From positions 1,318-65,317 of the forward strand of contig LLZO01000385.1 of the NCBI GenBank assembly GCA_001567545.1: a stretch of 64,000 bases of DNA, in the 5' to 3' direction. Source of the stretch: Candidatus Tepidiaquacellales bacterium OLB5 (lineage in GTDB: Bacteria; Bacteroidota; Ignavibacteria; Tepidaquicellales; OLB5). The position numbers and the translations under genes are program-made. Below are positions 54,577-64,000 of this stretch, in pieces. The notes beneath the pieces were generated by a model. That model ran no database searches. It had not been told where the DNA came from and worked only from the letters and a program-made list of their open reading frames with translations. The stretch's first letter is position 1; the number at the start of each line of letters is the position of its first letter.

Positions 54577-56235
54577 TTGATTTTGGATATTAAACAATAC
54601 GTTTCGGAAAAAATTAAAAATGCGCTCAGGTCCCTTGGTATCCATGAACCTGCTGTTATACTTGAAAGACCTAAAGACCCTTTACACGGTGATATTTCAT
54701 GCAATGCTGCTATGATGTATGCCAAAAAGCTTGGCAGAAATCCAAAGGAATTTGCGCAGTCAATCCTTGAACAGCTTGCCCTGCCTGATGAATTTATTAC
54801 GAAAGCATCAATTGCCGGACCGGGCTTTATTAATCTGTTTATTGCTGATAAATATTACACTGAAAAGCTAACAGAAATAAATGAGTTAAAAGGAAACTTC
54901 GGAAGGTTAAATGATAATTCCGGTAAAACAGCAGATATTGAATGGGTAAGCGCAAATCCAACGGGTGAATTGCATACCGGGCACGGCAGGCAAACAGCGT
55001 TAGGCAAAGCAATAGCTAACCTGCTGGAGTGGACTGGTTACAAAGTAACACGCGAATATTATTACAATAATGCAGGTAAACAGATGGAAAACCTTGCAAA
55101 GTCGGTTTATGCAAGATACCGCCAGTTATTTGAGCCTGATTATCCTTTTCCGGAAGATGGCTATGCAGGTGATTATGTTAAAGAAATTGCTGCCATTCTG
55201 GCAAAAGAACATGATGATAAACTGATTGATGCTGATGATAAAATTTTCCGCGAAGCAGGGGAGAACTGGTGTTTCAAATCTATAAGGCATACACTGGATT
55301 CATTCGGGATTCACCACGATATATTTTTTAATGAAAGCACACTTTATGAAACCGGTAAGATAACCGAAACTCTGGAAGAATTCAAGAAACGGGGACTTTC
55401 ATACGAAAAAGACGGAGCAATCTGGCTTAAAACCAGCGAACTGCTGAAGAATAAAAAAGATGCTGCCGATAAAGTGATTGTAAAGGCGACCGGCGAACCG
55501 ACTTACAGGCTTCCGGATATGGCTTACCATATAGATAAGCTTAAGAGGGGATATGATCTTATAATAGATATTTTCGGGGCTGACCATGGTGATACTTACA
55601 AAGAAGTTCTGGCTGGTATAGAAGGACTGGGATATGATTCTTCAAAAATAAAAGTAATTATTCACCAGATGGTTACATTTGTTCAGGATGGCAAGCCTGT
55701 AAAGATGAGCAAGCGCGCTGATAATGTTTATACACTGGATGACCTGATAGAAGATATCGGGGCTGATGTGACACAGTTCTTTTTTGTCATGCGCAGCGCT
55801 AATACCCACCTTGAGTTTGATATAGCTCTTGCGCGCGAGCAGTCAGATAAAAACCCGGTTTTTTACCTGCAGTATGCACATGCAAGGATTTGCAGTATTC
55901 TCCGCAATGCTGCAGAAATATTTCCAGATTACAGCTCAGCCGGCAGCATTAATTACAGCCTGCTTGATACACCTGAAGCAATAAGCCTGATAAAAGTGCT
56001 TGTATTGTTCCCGGAAACAGTTGCAGCAGCAGCAGCTACTTTAGAGCCGCATAAAATTATCACTTATCTGAATGAAGCAGCTGAAAATTATCACAGGTTT
56101 TATCACAACAACCGCGTAATTGATGCTGAAGCTAAAGAGCTTTCATTTGCAAGATTAAAGCTCTGCGAAGCCGCACGTATTGTTCTTAAGAACGGTTTTG
56201 ATATTATAGGAATATCAGCACCGGAGAGGATGTGA
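54577..56235 (+). CDS. argS: Arginine--tRNA ligase
   Basis: Class I HIGH-type block SANPTGELHTGHGR, a KMSK-type block (VKMSKR), the N-terminal Arg_tRNA_synt_N pattern and the C-terminal DALR anticodon-binding pattern. TTG start, uncertain by a few codons. Confidence 0.9.
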   Translation: MILDIKQYVSEKIKNALRSLGIHEPAVILERPKDPLHGDISCNAAMMYAKKLGRNPKEFAQSILEQLALPDEFITKASIAGPGFINLFIADKYYTEKLTEINELKGNFGRLNDNSGKTADIEWVSANPTGELHTGHGRQTALGKAIANLLEWTGYKVTREYYYNNAGKQMENLAKSVYARYRQLFEPDYPFPEDGYAGDYVKEIAAILAKEHDDKLIDADDKIFREAGENWCFKSIRHTLDSFGIHHDIFFNESTLYETGKITETLEEFKKRGLSYEKDGAIWLKTSELLKNKKDAADKVIVKATGEPTYRLPDMAYHIDKLKRGYDLIIDIFGADHGDTYKEVLAGIEGLGYDSSKIKVIIHQMVTFVQDGKPVKMSKRADNVYTLDDLIEDIGADVTQFFFVMRSANTHLEFDIALAREQSDKNPVFYLQYAHARICSILRNAAEIFPDYSSAGSINYSLLDTPEAISLIKVLVLFPETVAAAAATLEPHKIITYLNEAAENYHRFYHNNRVIDAEAKELSFARLKLCEAARIVLKNGFDIIGISAPERM

Positions 56236-56237
56236 TC

Positions 56238-56291
56238 GCAGATTAAACGGATTCATCAGATTTAACATTTTGCAGATTAACAGATTTAAAA
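56238..56291 (+). repeat. Cluster of five CAGATT/CGGATT-core units at about 9-nt spacing, starting 3 nt after the argS stop
   Basis: gCAGATTAAA CGGATTCAT CAGATTTAA cattttg CAGATTAA CAGATTTAA. Read directly. Confidence 0.8.
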
Positions 56292-56345
56292 GAATGCCTT
56301 AATTTTTTATTACATTTTCTATAAAAACCCCTTATTTTTGTAATT

Positions 56346-57182
56346 ATGAAAACAAAAATATCCTTTCTCCTAACGCTCTTCTTACTTATTATAAGTTCAA
56401 GTTTATTTTCTCAGGAGAATAAACTGACTCTAAAATTAAGTATTGAAAAAACCGTTTATAATTATTCAGAACTTATTGTAGCAAGAGTTAAATATATCAA
56501 TAATGACACAATACCGCATACATTAATATATAATTGTTCTCTTGAAGATGATATTTCAAATAGGTTAATTTTTAAAGATGATTATGGGGTGCCAAATAGA
56601 GTTCAAGGGCTTATTATTGATTGTATCGGAAATCCTATTCCAATTAAACCCGGTGGTTCATATACATCCTATGGAGTTCCGATATTTACAGATAAACATA
56701 TAGGATATTCAACTTATTTTGAACCTGGGTCATATTCTGTTTATATGAAAGGGTCAGACACAGTGAAATTAACAATAGGGTATGATGAAAATGATGACAG
56801 CTATAATCGTTTCAAGGAATATTCAGCAATTAAAAATAAATATGAAAGATTCTTAAAATGGAGAGAATTTTTATATGACAGCAGAAATAAATCATATTTA
56901 AATCTTGCATATTATGAATTAACATCACTGAATAAATATTATGAAGGTGATTATAAACTAATGAATAAAGACATGTCATATTTATTTGGAGTTAATCCGA
57001 ATGCATGGTATACCGATGTACATCTTTTCCATTATTCTTTTTTTCTTAGAGATTATCTAAAAGAAGAAAATTTGATGATTCAGTTCTTGGAAAAATTAGC
57101 AAAGAAAAACCCTGATTCAAGGGTTAGCTATATTGCAAACAAAATATTGAAGGACAAAAAAATTCCTGATTTTTCATATTGA
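56346..57182 (+). CDS. Hypothetical secreted protein
   Basis: Signal peptide MKTKISFLLTLFLLIISSSLFSQ. Beta-rich N-terminal half and a helical, Y/K/N-rich C-terminal half. No family recognised. Confidence 0.55.
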   Translation: MKTKISFLLTLFLLIISSSLFSQENKLTLKLSIEKTVYNYSELIVARVKYINNDTIPHTLIYNCSLEDDISNRLIFKDDYGVPNRVQGLIIDCIGNPIPIKPGGSYTSYGVPIFTDKHIGYSTYFEPGSYSVYMKGSDTVKLTIGYDENDDSYNRFKEYSAIKNKYERFLKWREFLYDSRNKSYLNLAYYELTSLNKYYEGDYKLMNKDMSYLFGVNPNAWYTDVHLFHYSFFLRDYLKEENLMIQFLEKLAKKNPDSRVSYIANKILKDKKIPDFSY

Positions 57183-57325
57183 TTATGATTCACATTTTTC
57201 TTCAAAAGAAAAAGACAGTTTGTTAGGCTGCCTTTTGTTTTGGGGTAATAAATGATGAGAACGATGTAGCTATATTCTTATTATGGAGGTTATGTTGAAA
57301 TGTGTGAACCGGGGATTAATTTATT

Positions 57326-57781
57326 TTAAACTGACTGATCATCATACCACTCGGTATCCATAACTGCAACCGGGTGAATGTTCACTGTCTTAATTTTTTT
57401 ATCTGTTTTATTTGTGAACTCATGCCATTTGCCGGCAGGTACTACCATTATGTTTCCTTCTTTTACAATATAAGTTTTACCGTCAACTTTTGCTTCCATT
57501 TCTCCTTCAAGTACTATAAAAGTTTCTTCGTACGGATGGCGGTGTTTTTTGGGTCCTATTCCCGGCGAAAAATCACAAAGGAAAAACGATACATTGGAGT
57601 TGTTTTCAAACCCGTTAAATACCGCAACTTCTTTGCCGTAAGGCATAATATTTTTTACATCTACAAATGTTACATCTTCTTTATTGATGTACGGAAAACC
57701 TGCTTTTGATTCCATATAAGAATCTATTAATACTTTATTTAATTGATTATTCATTTTCTTTTGTTTTTTTCGTGGTATCAT
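57326..57781 (-). CDS. Cupin domain protein
   Basis: Cupin motifs PKKHRHPYEETFIVLEGE and VVPAGKWHEF. The start may instead be the internal ATG 27 nt downstream. Confidence 0.75.
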   Translation of the reverse strand: MIPRKKQKKMNNQLNKVLIDSYMESKAGFPYINKEDVTFVDVKNIMPYGKEVAVFNGFENNSNVSFFLCDFSPGIGPKKHRHPYEETFIVLEGEMEAKVDGKTYIVKEGNIMVVPAGKWHEFTNKTDKKIKTVNIHPVAVMDTEWYDDQSV

Positions 57782-57798
57782 TAAGCTTCAGGTTTTAC

Positions 57799-57827
57799 TC
57801 ACCGGATGACTTAACGTCATCCGGTGA
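57799..57827. repeat. Perfect 12-bp inverted repeat (tcaccggatgac ttaac gtcatccggtga)
   Basis: Sits between two minus-strand genes. Strong GC-containing stem with no adjacent U-tract on either strand. Confidence 0.7.
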
Positions 57828-57864
57828 ATTGAAAAACTTAAGTTACCTCATAGTTAATTATTTA

Positions 57865-58428
57865 TTAAAAGTTAATTGTTGCACCGGCTTTGATAGGCAG
57901 GTAATTTGCTGTACCTTCTCCAAAGATGATGTTGAAGCTGGTTTCACCAAAAAGTGAGAGTTTTGGTGATACTTTGAATGCAACACCGCCGCCGAACTTC
58001 ATCCCGAAGTTTGTTTCGCTCGAGCCCCTGTAATATGTTACACCCTGGTATTTCATATCGCTTACGCTGTTCAGGTAAAGCCCCAAACCGGCCAGGCCGT
58101 ATGGTTTTATATCTGCATCCTTATTGAACAATCCGACCATAACATCACCCATTATTGATGTTGATTTAAGGCTGTAGCCTGTGTAGTCACCTGATTCCTT
58201 ATAAGGAAATGTGTTATACTGAAGGTCAAGCCTTGCAGCTATGTTTTGGTGGAATACATATCCCGCATTACCATGGATATTGAACCCTACACCCCATGCA
58301 TCGGATATATCGCCAACGGGGATTGAAATAACTCCGCCAAGCGATGCAAAAGATTTCTGGTATGTCTGTGAAAAAGTTGAGACGCTGATAGCAATAAAAA
58401 TTGCTGTGAGAATTAAAAGTTTTTTCAT
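57865..58428 (-). CDS. Small outer-membrane beta-barrel protein (OMP_b-brl/OmpW-like)
   Basis: Signal peptide, 8-strand-sized (187 aa) alternating pattern with G/Y-rich turns, terminal Phe (..GATINF). Confidence 0.7.
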   Translation of the reverse strand: MKKLLILTAIFIAISVSTFSQTYQKSFASLGGVISIPVGDISDAWGVGFNIHGNAGYVFHQNIAARLDLQYNTFPYKESGDYTGYSLKSTSIMGDVMVGLFNKDADIKPYGLAGLGLYLNSVSDMKYQGVTYYRGSSETNFGMKFGGGVAFKVSPKLSLFGETSFNIIFGEGTANYLPIKAGATINF

Positions 58429-58555
58429 TTTAGAATAGTTAATTAAGTTAGTTAAATTAATATAGTTTTAAATTTAATAATGCAATTTAACTTCCCTGCA
58501 GCAGATGAAAAAAACGAAATTTATCATAAATTTATTATTGAAGGGTATAAATATA

Positions 58556-58594
58556 AAACAAAAAGCTGAAAATTTATTAAATTTTCAGCTTTTT
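58556..58594 (-). terminator. Rho-independent terminator (minus strand, usable in both directions)
   Basis: aaaagctgaaaat / attttcagctttt 13-bp stem with 7-nt loop and A/T runs on both sides. Lies downstream of the S8/T9SS gene. Confidence 0.8.
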
Positions 58595-58637
58595 AATATC
58601 AAAATTAGATCAAAAAATTAAACCGGGATGCCCTTAA

Positions 58638-61600
58638 TTATTTTATCAATACCAGCTTTTTAACCGAGCTGAAGCTGCTGTTTTGAGATTTTGCAGTTAT
58701 TCGGTATATATAAATACCGCTTGCAATATTTGTACCGTCAAAAACAGCTGTGTAATACCCGGCTTCCAATTTTGAATTAACCAGCATTTTCACAAGCCGG
58801 CCTGTCAGGTCATATACAGAAATATTAACATCTGCATCAGCGGGGACCTGGTAATCAATACTGCTTACCGGATTGGAAGGATTAGGATAATTCTGTGACA
58901 GATCAAAATTGCCGGGTTTGCCGATTTCAACCGGGTAAGGCGCATTAAAAAATTCATAATTACCGTTGTAATCAATTTGCTTAAGGCGGTAATTAAATTT
59001 TCCGTTTCCGGGTTTGGGATCTGTGAAGCTGTAATATTTAATTTCAGTAGTATTTCCGTTACCCTGAACAAATCCCGCTTTGTTCCATCCTGAAACATTT
59101 CCGTTTTTATCAATAAATTGGCGCTGTACTTCAAAACCTGAATTATTTTGCTCTTCAGAAGTGGCCCATGTTAACTTTACATCCCTGTTGACTGCAAATA
59201 GTTCAAATGAAATCAATGATACCGGCAGTGCATAGTCTGTTAAAAGTGTAACACTAAGATTTGTTTTTGAAGGATCATTGGTAGTTAATACCATATTTCC
59301 GTTTGCAGCATCTAAGTCATCAGAGCTGCTGCTTCTGTCAAAAGTATAAATACTTGTTGCTCTTACGGTAAACAAACCGCTGTCTCCGGGTACAATTGCT
59401 CCCGGCAATGATGTTAAAAGTGAAAAATTAGCCGAATAGGAACCTGTAAAGTTAACAGCGCTTACAGTTAAATTAGAATTACCGGAATTTTTAAGGTAAA
59501 AATTCTTATCAACATATGAAGCTATTGGAATTATTCCGAAATCAATAGTTGTATCCGCACTGCTGTTAACTCTCGCAGATGTTGATAATGTTCCTGACGT
59601 TCTTGTGAATGTAATTCTTAAACTGTCATATGTCGGAGCATCACCGGCAGCTATATCCATATTCAAAAATCTCCAGTTACCGGATGAATAAGTTCCGTTG
59701 TAACCCCTCATGGTTATTTCAGGGTAGTATGTCCCGTTCGTGTATGGAGGTGTACCGTCTTTCCAGAATTGCGAGGCAGAATCTGATACAATTGCACCTG
59801 TAATATTATCAAGTGAACCGCCGTTTTCGGAAAACAGGCATTTCCTGTTATTATTATTATCACCGTTAGGTGACCATATGTAAAGTATAATATCGCTTAC
59901 CCAGGTGTGTCTTAAGTATATTCTGACTTTGGTACTGAGAATTTTATAAACTCCAAAATTTATATTTGGTGAAATTACTAGCAGCATTATCATTAGGGCT
60001 CCATGAAACAAGCCTGTTTGTTGTTTCAGTTAAGCTGCCAACAGCAAAGTAACACAGCCAGAATGAATTAGGCGCACCTTTGGGGAAATATGAAATATTT
60101 CCTGAATTATCTGCAGCCTTAAGATAATATTGTACTTCAGTTTCCCATCCAAAGCAGGGGATATTGAAATAAAAATCGTTACCGGAATTTGATGTTGCAT
60201 AAACAGAATCAAATGAGCTCCAGCCGGCATTATTTTTATTCGAACGGTAAATAACCATGGGTCTGTTACTGCCTGATGCCGGCACAGATGAGCCATCCTG
60301 ATCGGTGATATTAGCCGTAAGCAATGTCATGTAGGTGCTGTTGTGACTTGCTGCATTGGTATGATTGATAGATGGAGGTGTAATATCAACACCTGCTGCA
60401 AGCCTGACTGAATTATATGCATTTATCCTTCCGTAACCAAAGTAAGCATTCCATTTGCCGTAAGTTTTAGTAGTTGAATACGGCACATTATCTATTTTAT
60501 CGCAGCCGCGAAGAAGATTTTCAGTTACCTGAAGCCTTGTTTGAGATGTGTTTACTGAAAGTACAAGCGCAGCAACCCCGGCAGCATTTGGGCAGGAACA
60601 TGAAGTACCGTTGAACACAGAATAATAATTTCCTGTTGTTCCCCCGGAAGTATTATAACCGCTTGTTCCCTGAACATCAGTTGTATAACATACTGTAGGT
60701 GCAGCACATTCAATATCGCCGGTTGATACACTTTCTCCGTAATTACCGCCCCACCAGTATTGATTGCCGGTTCCGGCTGCTTTTTTCTGGTCATGTGTTG
60801 TTGATGCCCCGACACAAATTACATTATCAAGATAAGAAGGATATGAAGGAGGGTTGCTTCCGTCATTTCCGGAGGAAAAGAGGATTATACACCCTAAACC
60901 GCCTCTTCCGCTGGTTGCGGCGCTGTTAATAGCATTGGTAATTGTACTGGAGGCAGTACCTCCTCCCCAGCTGTTGCTTAAAACATCAATTCCTCTGACT
61001 CTGGCTGTATCAAATGCTCGGGCAATGCCAAGATCAGTTGCACTGCCGGCTGCATTAAAAACCCTTAATGACATCAGTTTACAGTTCGGCGCTATTCCGG
61101 CAGTTCCCAGAGAGTTATTTGTAACAGCACCGATAAGACCTGCAGTACAAGTACCGTGGCTTCCGGAATCACGGGGGACTGTATTTGTATTATAATATCC
61201 ATCGTAACCTGCTAACAGATGGCCGGCAGACTGGAAATCAGGATGAGTAGAATCAATACCGGTATCAAGTACACCTATTTCTATTGATGAAGACCCTAAA
61301 GTATAATCCCATGCCTGGCTTACTCGCATATCTGCACCTGCGATACCTGTTGTTGTTGTGGCATCACCGGCACCGGTTACACCGCCGGTAGAAACGCTTT
61401 GTCCTGTATTATTTAATGCCCACTGAGAAGTATAAAAAGCATCATTTGGTGTATAGTGCAGCAAACAAAAGTCAGGATAAAGAAAATTCGGCTGTGAGTA
61501 TTCAAATATTGTTGAATTGTAGTAAATATCGGAAAGCTCCAGTGCATTTAGTGTAACACCCGGCAGCGATTTAATTAGAAAACCTTTTTTATCACCAACG

Positions 61601-62055
61601 TTTCCAATTATAATACACCTGTTTAGTGTATTCAGGTTGTTCAGGGCAGTTAAATCATTTTCATTTTTAAGTCTTACAATAAATTCATCGGTTGGCACCT
61701 GTATTACTTTTCTTGAAGAACCGTAATATGTTGGTGTAATAAATTTTATACCGCTGATTCCGGTTAATGTTTGAATGGCTGAATTAACACGGGAAAAGAC
61801 ACCTGGTGATGAAAGAGTAATAACAATTACATTATTATCAGCAACTTTAACAGTATCGTTAAAATTGAGCCTGCTTTTTATACGATTTGCAGTATTTTCT
61901 GCATTAAAAGAATTATTATCAATAATGACTGCTATTTTATCGTTTCTTTGCTGAAGCTGAACAGGGGTATTGTTGTAGTAATAGAAATCTATTGCTGCGA
62001 ATAAATCAGCAGTTACCAGCAGCAGCAAAATTAAATGATAAAATTTAATTTTCAT
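58638..62055 (-). pseudogene. Subtilisin-family (S8) serine protease with proprotein-convertase P-domain and T9SS C-terminal domain, split by a +1 frameshift near 59961-59975
   Basis: Upstream ORF (ATG 62055): signal peptide and S8 triad contexts VLDTGID, HGTCTAG, NGTSCSCPNAAG. Downstream ORF: P-domain core KVRIYLRHTWVSDIILYIWSPNG, a choice-of-anchor-type Ig domain, and a T9SS tail QNYPNPSNP...GIYIYRI...KLVLIK. The two ORFs overlap by 68 nt in different frames. Confidence 0.8.
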
Positions 62056-62067
62056 AAACAAAAAATA

Positions 62068-62991
62068 TTATTTTTTACAAAGATCAATTATACGTTCAAG
62101 ATCTTCAGCAGTATAATATTCAATAACAATGCTTCCTGTTGTTGGGGAAGACGGGCTTAACCTTACCCTGGTGCCAAAATGCTCCATAAATTTTTCTTCC
62201 AGGAATTTTATAGCAGCTTTATTCTGGTCGGTTATTTCATAAATTTTCTTTTCCCTGCCGCCAGCTTTGCTTTTTTTCTTTTTAGCCAGCTCTTCGGTTT
62301 TTCTGACACTAAGGCTTTCCTGTGTTATTCTTTTCCACAAAAGCAGGCGTTCAACATCAGTATCTAGGGCAAGTATGGTTCTGGCATGTCCTTCGGAAAT
62401 TTCCCCTTTTTTAATGCTGTGTTTTATTTCATCAGGAAGCGTCAAAAGCCTTAAAGTATTAGTAACTGCGCTTCTTGATTTGCCGACTTTAAATGCAACG
62501 TCATCCTGTTTTAAGCTGCATTCATCAATCAGCCTTTTATATGCTTCAGCAACTTCAATTGCATTCAGGTCAGATCTTTGTATATTCTCTATGAGCGCAA
62601 TTTCCAGGAGGTCTTCTTTAGTGCTTACATCTATGATGTAAGCGGGAATTTTTTCTATACCTGCTAATTTTGAAGCCCTTAATCTGCGTTCACCTGAAAT
62701 AAGCTCAAAATTTCCGTTCTCAAGTTTTCTGACTGTAATTGCCTGGATTACACCTTTTTGTTTTATTGATGCCGCAAGATCTTTAAGCTCGCTGTCATCA
62801 AATTCCTTCCTTGGCTGATATGGGTTAGAATTGATCTTACCCAGTTCGATAAATAATATGTTCTCATCACTATGAACCGGGTTCATTTCTGTGATGTTTT
62901 CAGGGGATGTGTTCCTGCTTTCTGAATCATTTCCGCCGAACAATACATCCAGCCCTTTTCCCAATCCGCCTTTTATTTTATCTTTTGACAT
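62068..62991 (-). CDS. parB: Chromosome partitioning protein ParB/Spo0J
   Basis: ParB box (LISGERRLRASKLAG), HTH region (SLKQDDVAFKVGKSRSAVTNTLRLL), C-terminal dimerisation segment. Follows parA. Confidence 0.9.
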   Translation of the reverse strand: MSKDKIKGGLGKGLDVLFGGNDSESRNTSPENITEMNPVHSDENILFIELGKINSNPYQPRKEFDDSELKDLAASIKQKGVIQAITVRKLENGNFELISGERRLRASKLAGIEKIPAYIIDVSTKEDLLEIALIENIQRSDLNAIEVAEAYKRLIDECSLKQDDVAFKVGKSRSAVTNTLRLLTLPDEIKHSIKKGEISEGHARTILALDTDVERLLLWKRITQESLSVRKTEELAKKKKSKAGGREKKIYEITDQNKAAIKFLEEKFMEHFGTRVRLSPSSPTTGSIVIEYYTAEDLERIIDLCKK

Positions 62992-63006
62992 AAATCAAAA
63001 ATTAAT

Positions 63007-63903
63007 TTACTGCCTGTTAAGTTGATTAATATTGCTGCTGTCATTATTAAGGTTTTCTTCTTTATTATTTTCCTTTTTAACTACTTCAAAATTCGGGGCA
63101 TCGTATGTTAATATATTATCAAATCTCTGCTGGTGTTCCCTGCCGTTGCGTCTTAAGAATTCATTGGCAAGCTCTGTGTAGTTTTTAGCTCCTACAGAAA
63201 GAGGGTCATATACAACAACAGGTTTGCCGTATGAAGGAGACTCGCTGATCTTTACATTTCTCATAACCTTTACAGGATACAGCTTTTCCTGGAAATATTT
63301 TTCAAGCTCTGTTGCTACCTGGTTGGAAAGCCGTAACCTTGCATCGAACATTGTTAAAAGGTAACCTTCAATTTCCAGTTCAGGGTTCAGCCTGCTTTTT
63401 ATCATTTTTATAGTGTTCAAAAGCATTGTTAATCCTTCCAGTGCATAATATTCGCTTTGAACAGGAATTAATACAGAATCTGAAGCAACAAGAGAATTCA
63501 AAGTTATTAAGCTTAAAGAAGGGGGACAGTCAATAAATATAAAATCAAAATAATCCTTAATTTCTTCAAGCCTTTTTTTAAGAATATATTCACGCTCAGC
63601 CATAGAAACTATTTCTATTTCTATACCAACAAGGTTTATATTTGATCTTATAAGAAACAGGTTTTGAACATCAGTTTCAGTAATGCATTCCTTCGGATTC
63701 CTTGCCCCTGTCAGCAGTTCATAAACAGAACCGTGCATTGAGTTAGTAGGGAAACCCATTCCCGAAGTGGCATTTGACTGCGGGTCAATATCAACAAGCA
63801 GTATCTTACACCCGCTTGCTGCAAGCGCAGCGCATAAATTAACTGCAGTTGTGGTTTTGCCGACCCCGCCTTTTTGATTTGCTATTGATATTACTTTTGA
63901 CAA
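63007..63903 (-). CDS. parA: Chromosome partitioning ATPase ParA/Soj with about 43-aa C-terminal extension
   Basis: Deviant Walker A IANQKGGVGKTTT, IDCPPSL, typical Soj blocks through ELANEFLRRNG, then an N/E/K-rich tail. TTG start. Confidence 0.9.
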   Translation of the reverse strand: MSKVISIANQKGGVGKTTTAVNLCAALAASGCKILLVDIDPQSNATSGMGFPTNSMHGSVYELLTGARNPKECITETDVQNLFLIRSNINLVGIEIEIVSMAEREYILKKRLEEIKDYFDFIFIDCPPSLSLITLNSLVASDSVLIPVQSEYYALEGLTMLLNTIKMIKSRLNPELEIEGYLLTMFDARLRLSNQVATELEKYFQEKLYPVKVMRNVKISESPSYGKPVVVYDPLSVGAKNYTELANEFLRRNGREHQQRFDNILTYDAPNFEVVKKENNKEENLNNDSSNINQLNRQ

Positions 63904-63913
63904 CTGTTTTGCC

Positions 63914-64000
63914 TTATATTTCTACTTCTTCGCCTATCGGAAGAATTACGCATTTTTTTCCAATTGATTCTATTTTACGCCGGAATTCATTCGGGTCTGT
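63914..64000 (-). CDS. 3' end of an unidentified CDS (partial, continues beyond the right edge)
   Basis: Minus-strand frame reads TDPNEFRRKIESIGKKCVILPIGEEVEI, then TAA (63916-63914), 10 nt upstream of parA. Family not recognisable. Confidence 0.4.
   Translation of the reverse strand, partial: TDPNEFRRKIESIGKKCVILPIGEEVEI

Noticed and set aside
1-64000. Search by eye for rRNA, tRNA, CRISPR arrays, IS/transposase, integrase, phage or defence-system genes
   Set aside because: Coding density is high and every non-coding gap is 340 nt or less. The short tandem repeats have no spacers and are far too short for CRISPR. No ORF shows transposase, integrase, nuclease or helicase defence signatures. 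tRNA or small-RNA detection would still need tRNAscan/Infernal to be definitive.
62992-64000. Looked for a canonical parS site (TGTTNCACGTGAAACA) around parAB
   Set aside because: None was seen by eye. The only CACGTG noticed (near 41841, inside rlmN) lacks the flanking parS arms. A computational scan is needed before concluding absence.

Overview
AT-rich, gene-dense chromosomal segment; GC looks mid-30s % by eye but was not computed. The gene content fits a Fibrobacteres-Chlorobi-Bacteroidetes-type bacterium, probably Ignavibacteria-like. It has a type IX secretion (T9SS) porU-porV pair, five ORFs ending in T9SS C-terminal sorting domains, BamD, LpxA, and several TAnnTTTG motifs just upstream of start codons. 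A parA-parB pair sits at the right end.

Most of the window is housekeeping:
- Metabolism and cofactors: sucD, folB-folK, deoxynucleoside kinase, pdxA, metF, panB, arginase, an acyl-CoA carboxyltransferase.
- Translation and RNA: dtd, prmC, rlmN, argS.
- Envelope and division: ftsE, ccmAB, bamD, ddl, ftsB, two lpxA copies.
- Other: rarA, a NuoG-like protein.

I recognised no rRNA, tRNA, CRISPR array, IS element, prophage or obvious defence system. The largest non-coding gaps are about 200-340 nt.

Observations worth a second look:
1. A porU-porV operon whose third gene encodes an M6-like domain with a degenerate zinc motif, an FG-GAP propeller and a T9SS tail.
2. A SucD with a 77-residue polylysine tail, plus other basic low-complexity appendages on housekeeping enzymes.
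3. Two frameshift-split genes: a GT9 glycosyltransferase at an A9 tract, and an S8 protease/P-domain T9SS cargo.
4. Tandem lpxA paralogues next to an ArnC-like GT2.
5. A cysteine-rich lipoprotein translationally coupled to a BNR-repeat T9SS cargo.
6. A family of 9-nt GATT-core tandem repeats placed right after stop codons at three loci, plus a heptamer array.
7. A promoter-plus-terminator unit in the porU leader.

All family calls rest on motif recognition by eye. No searches were run.
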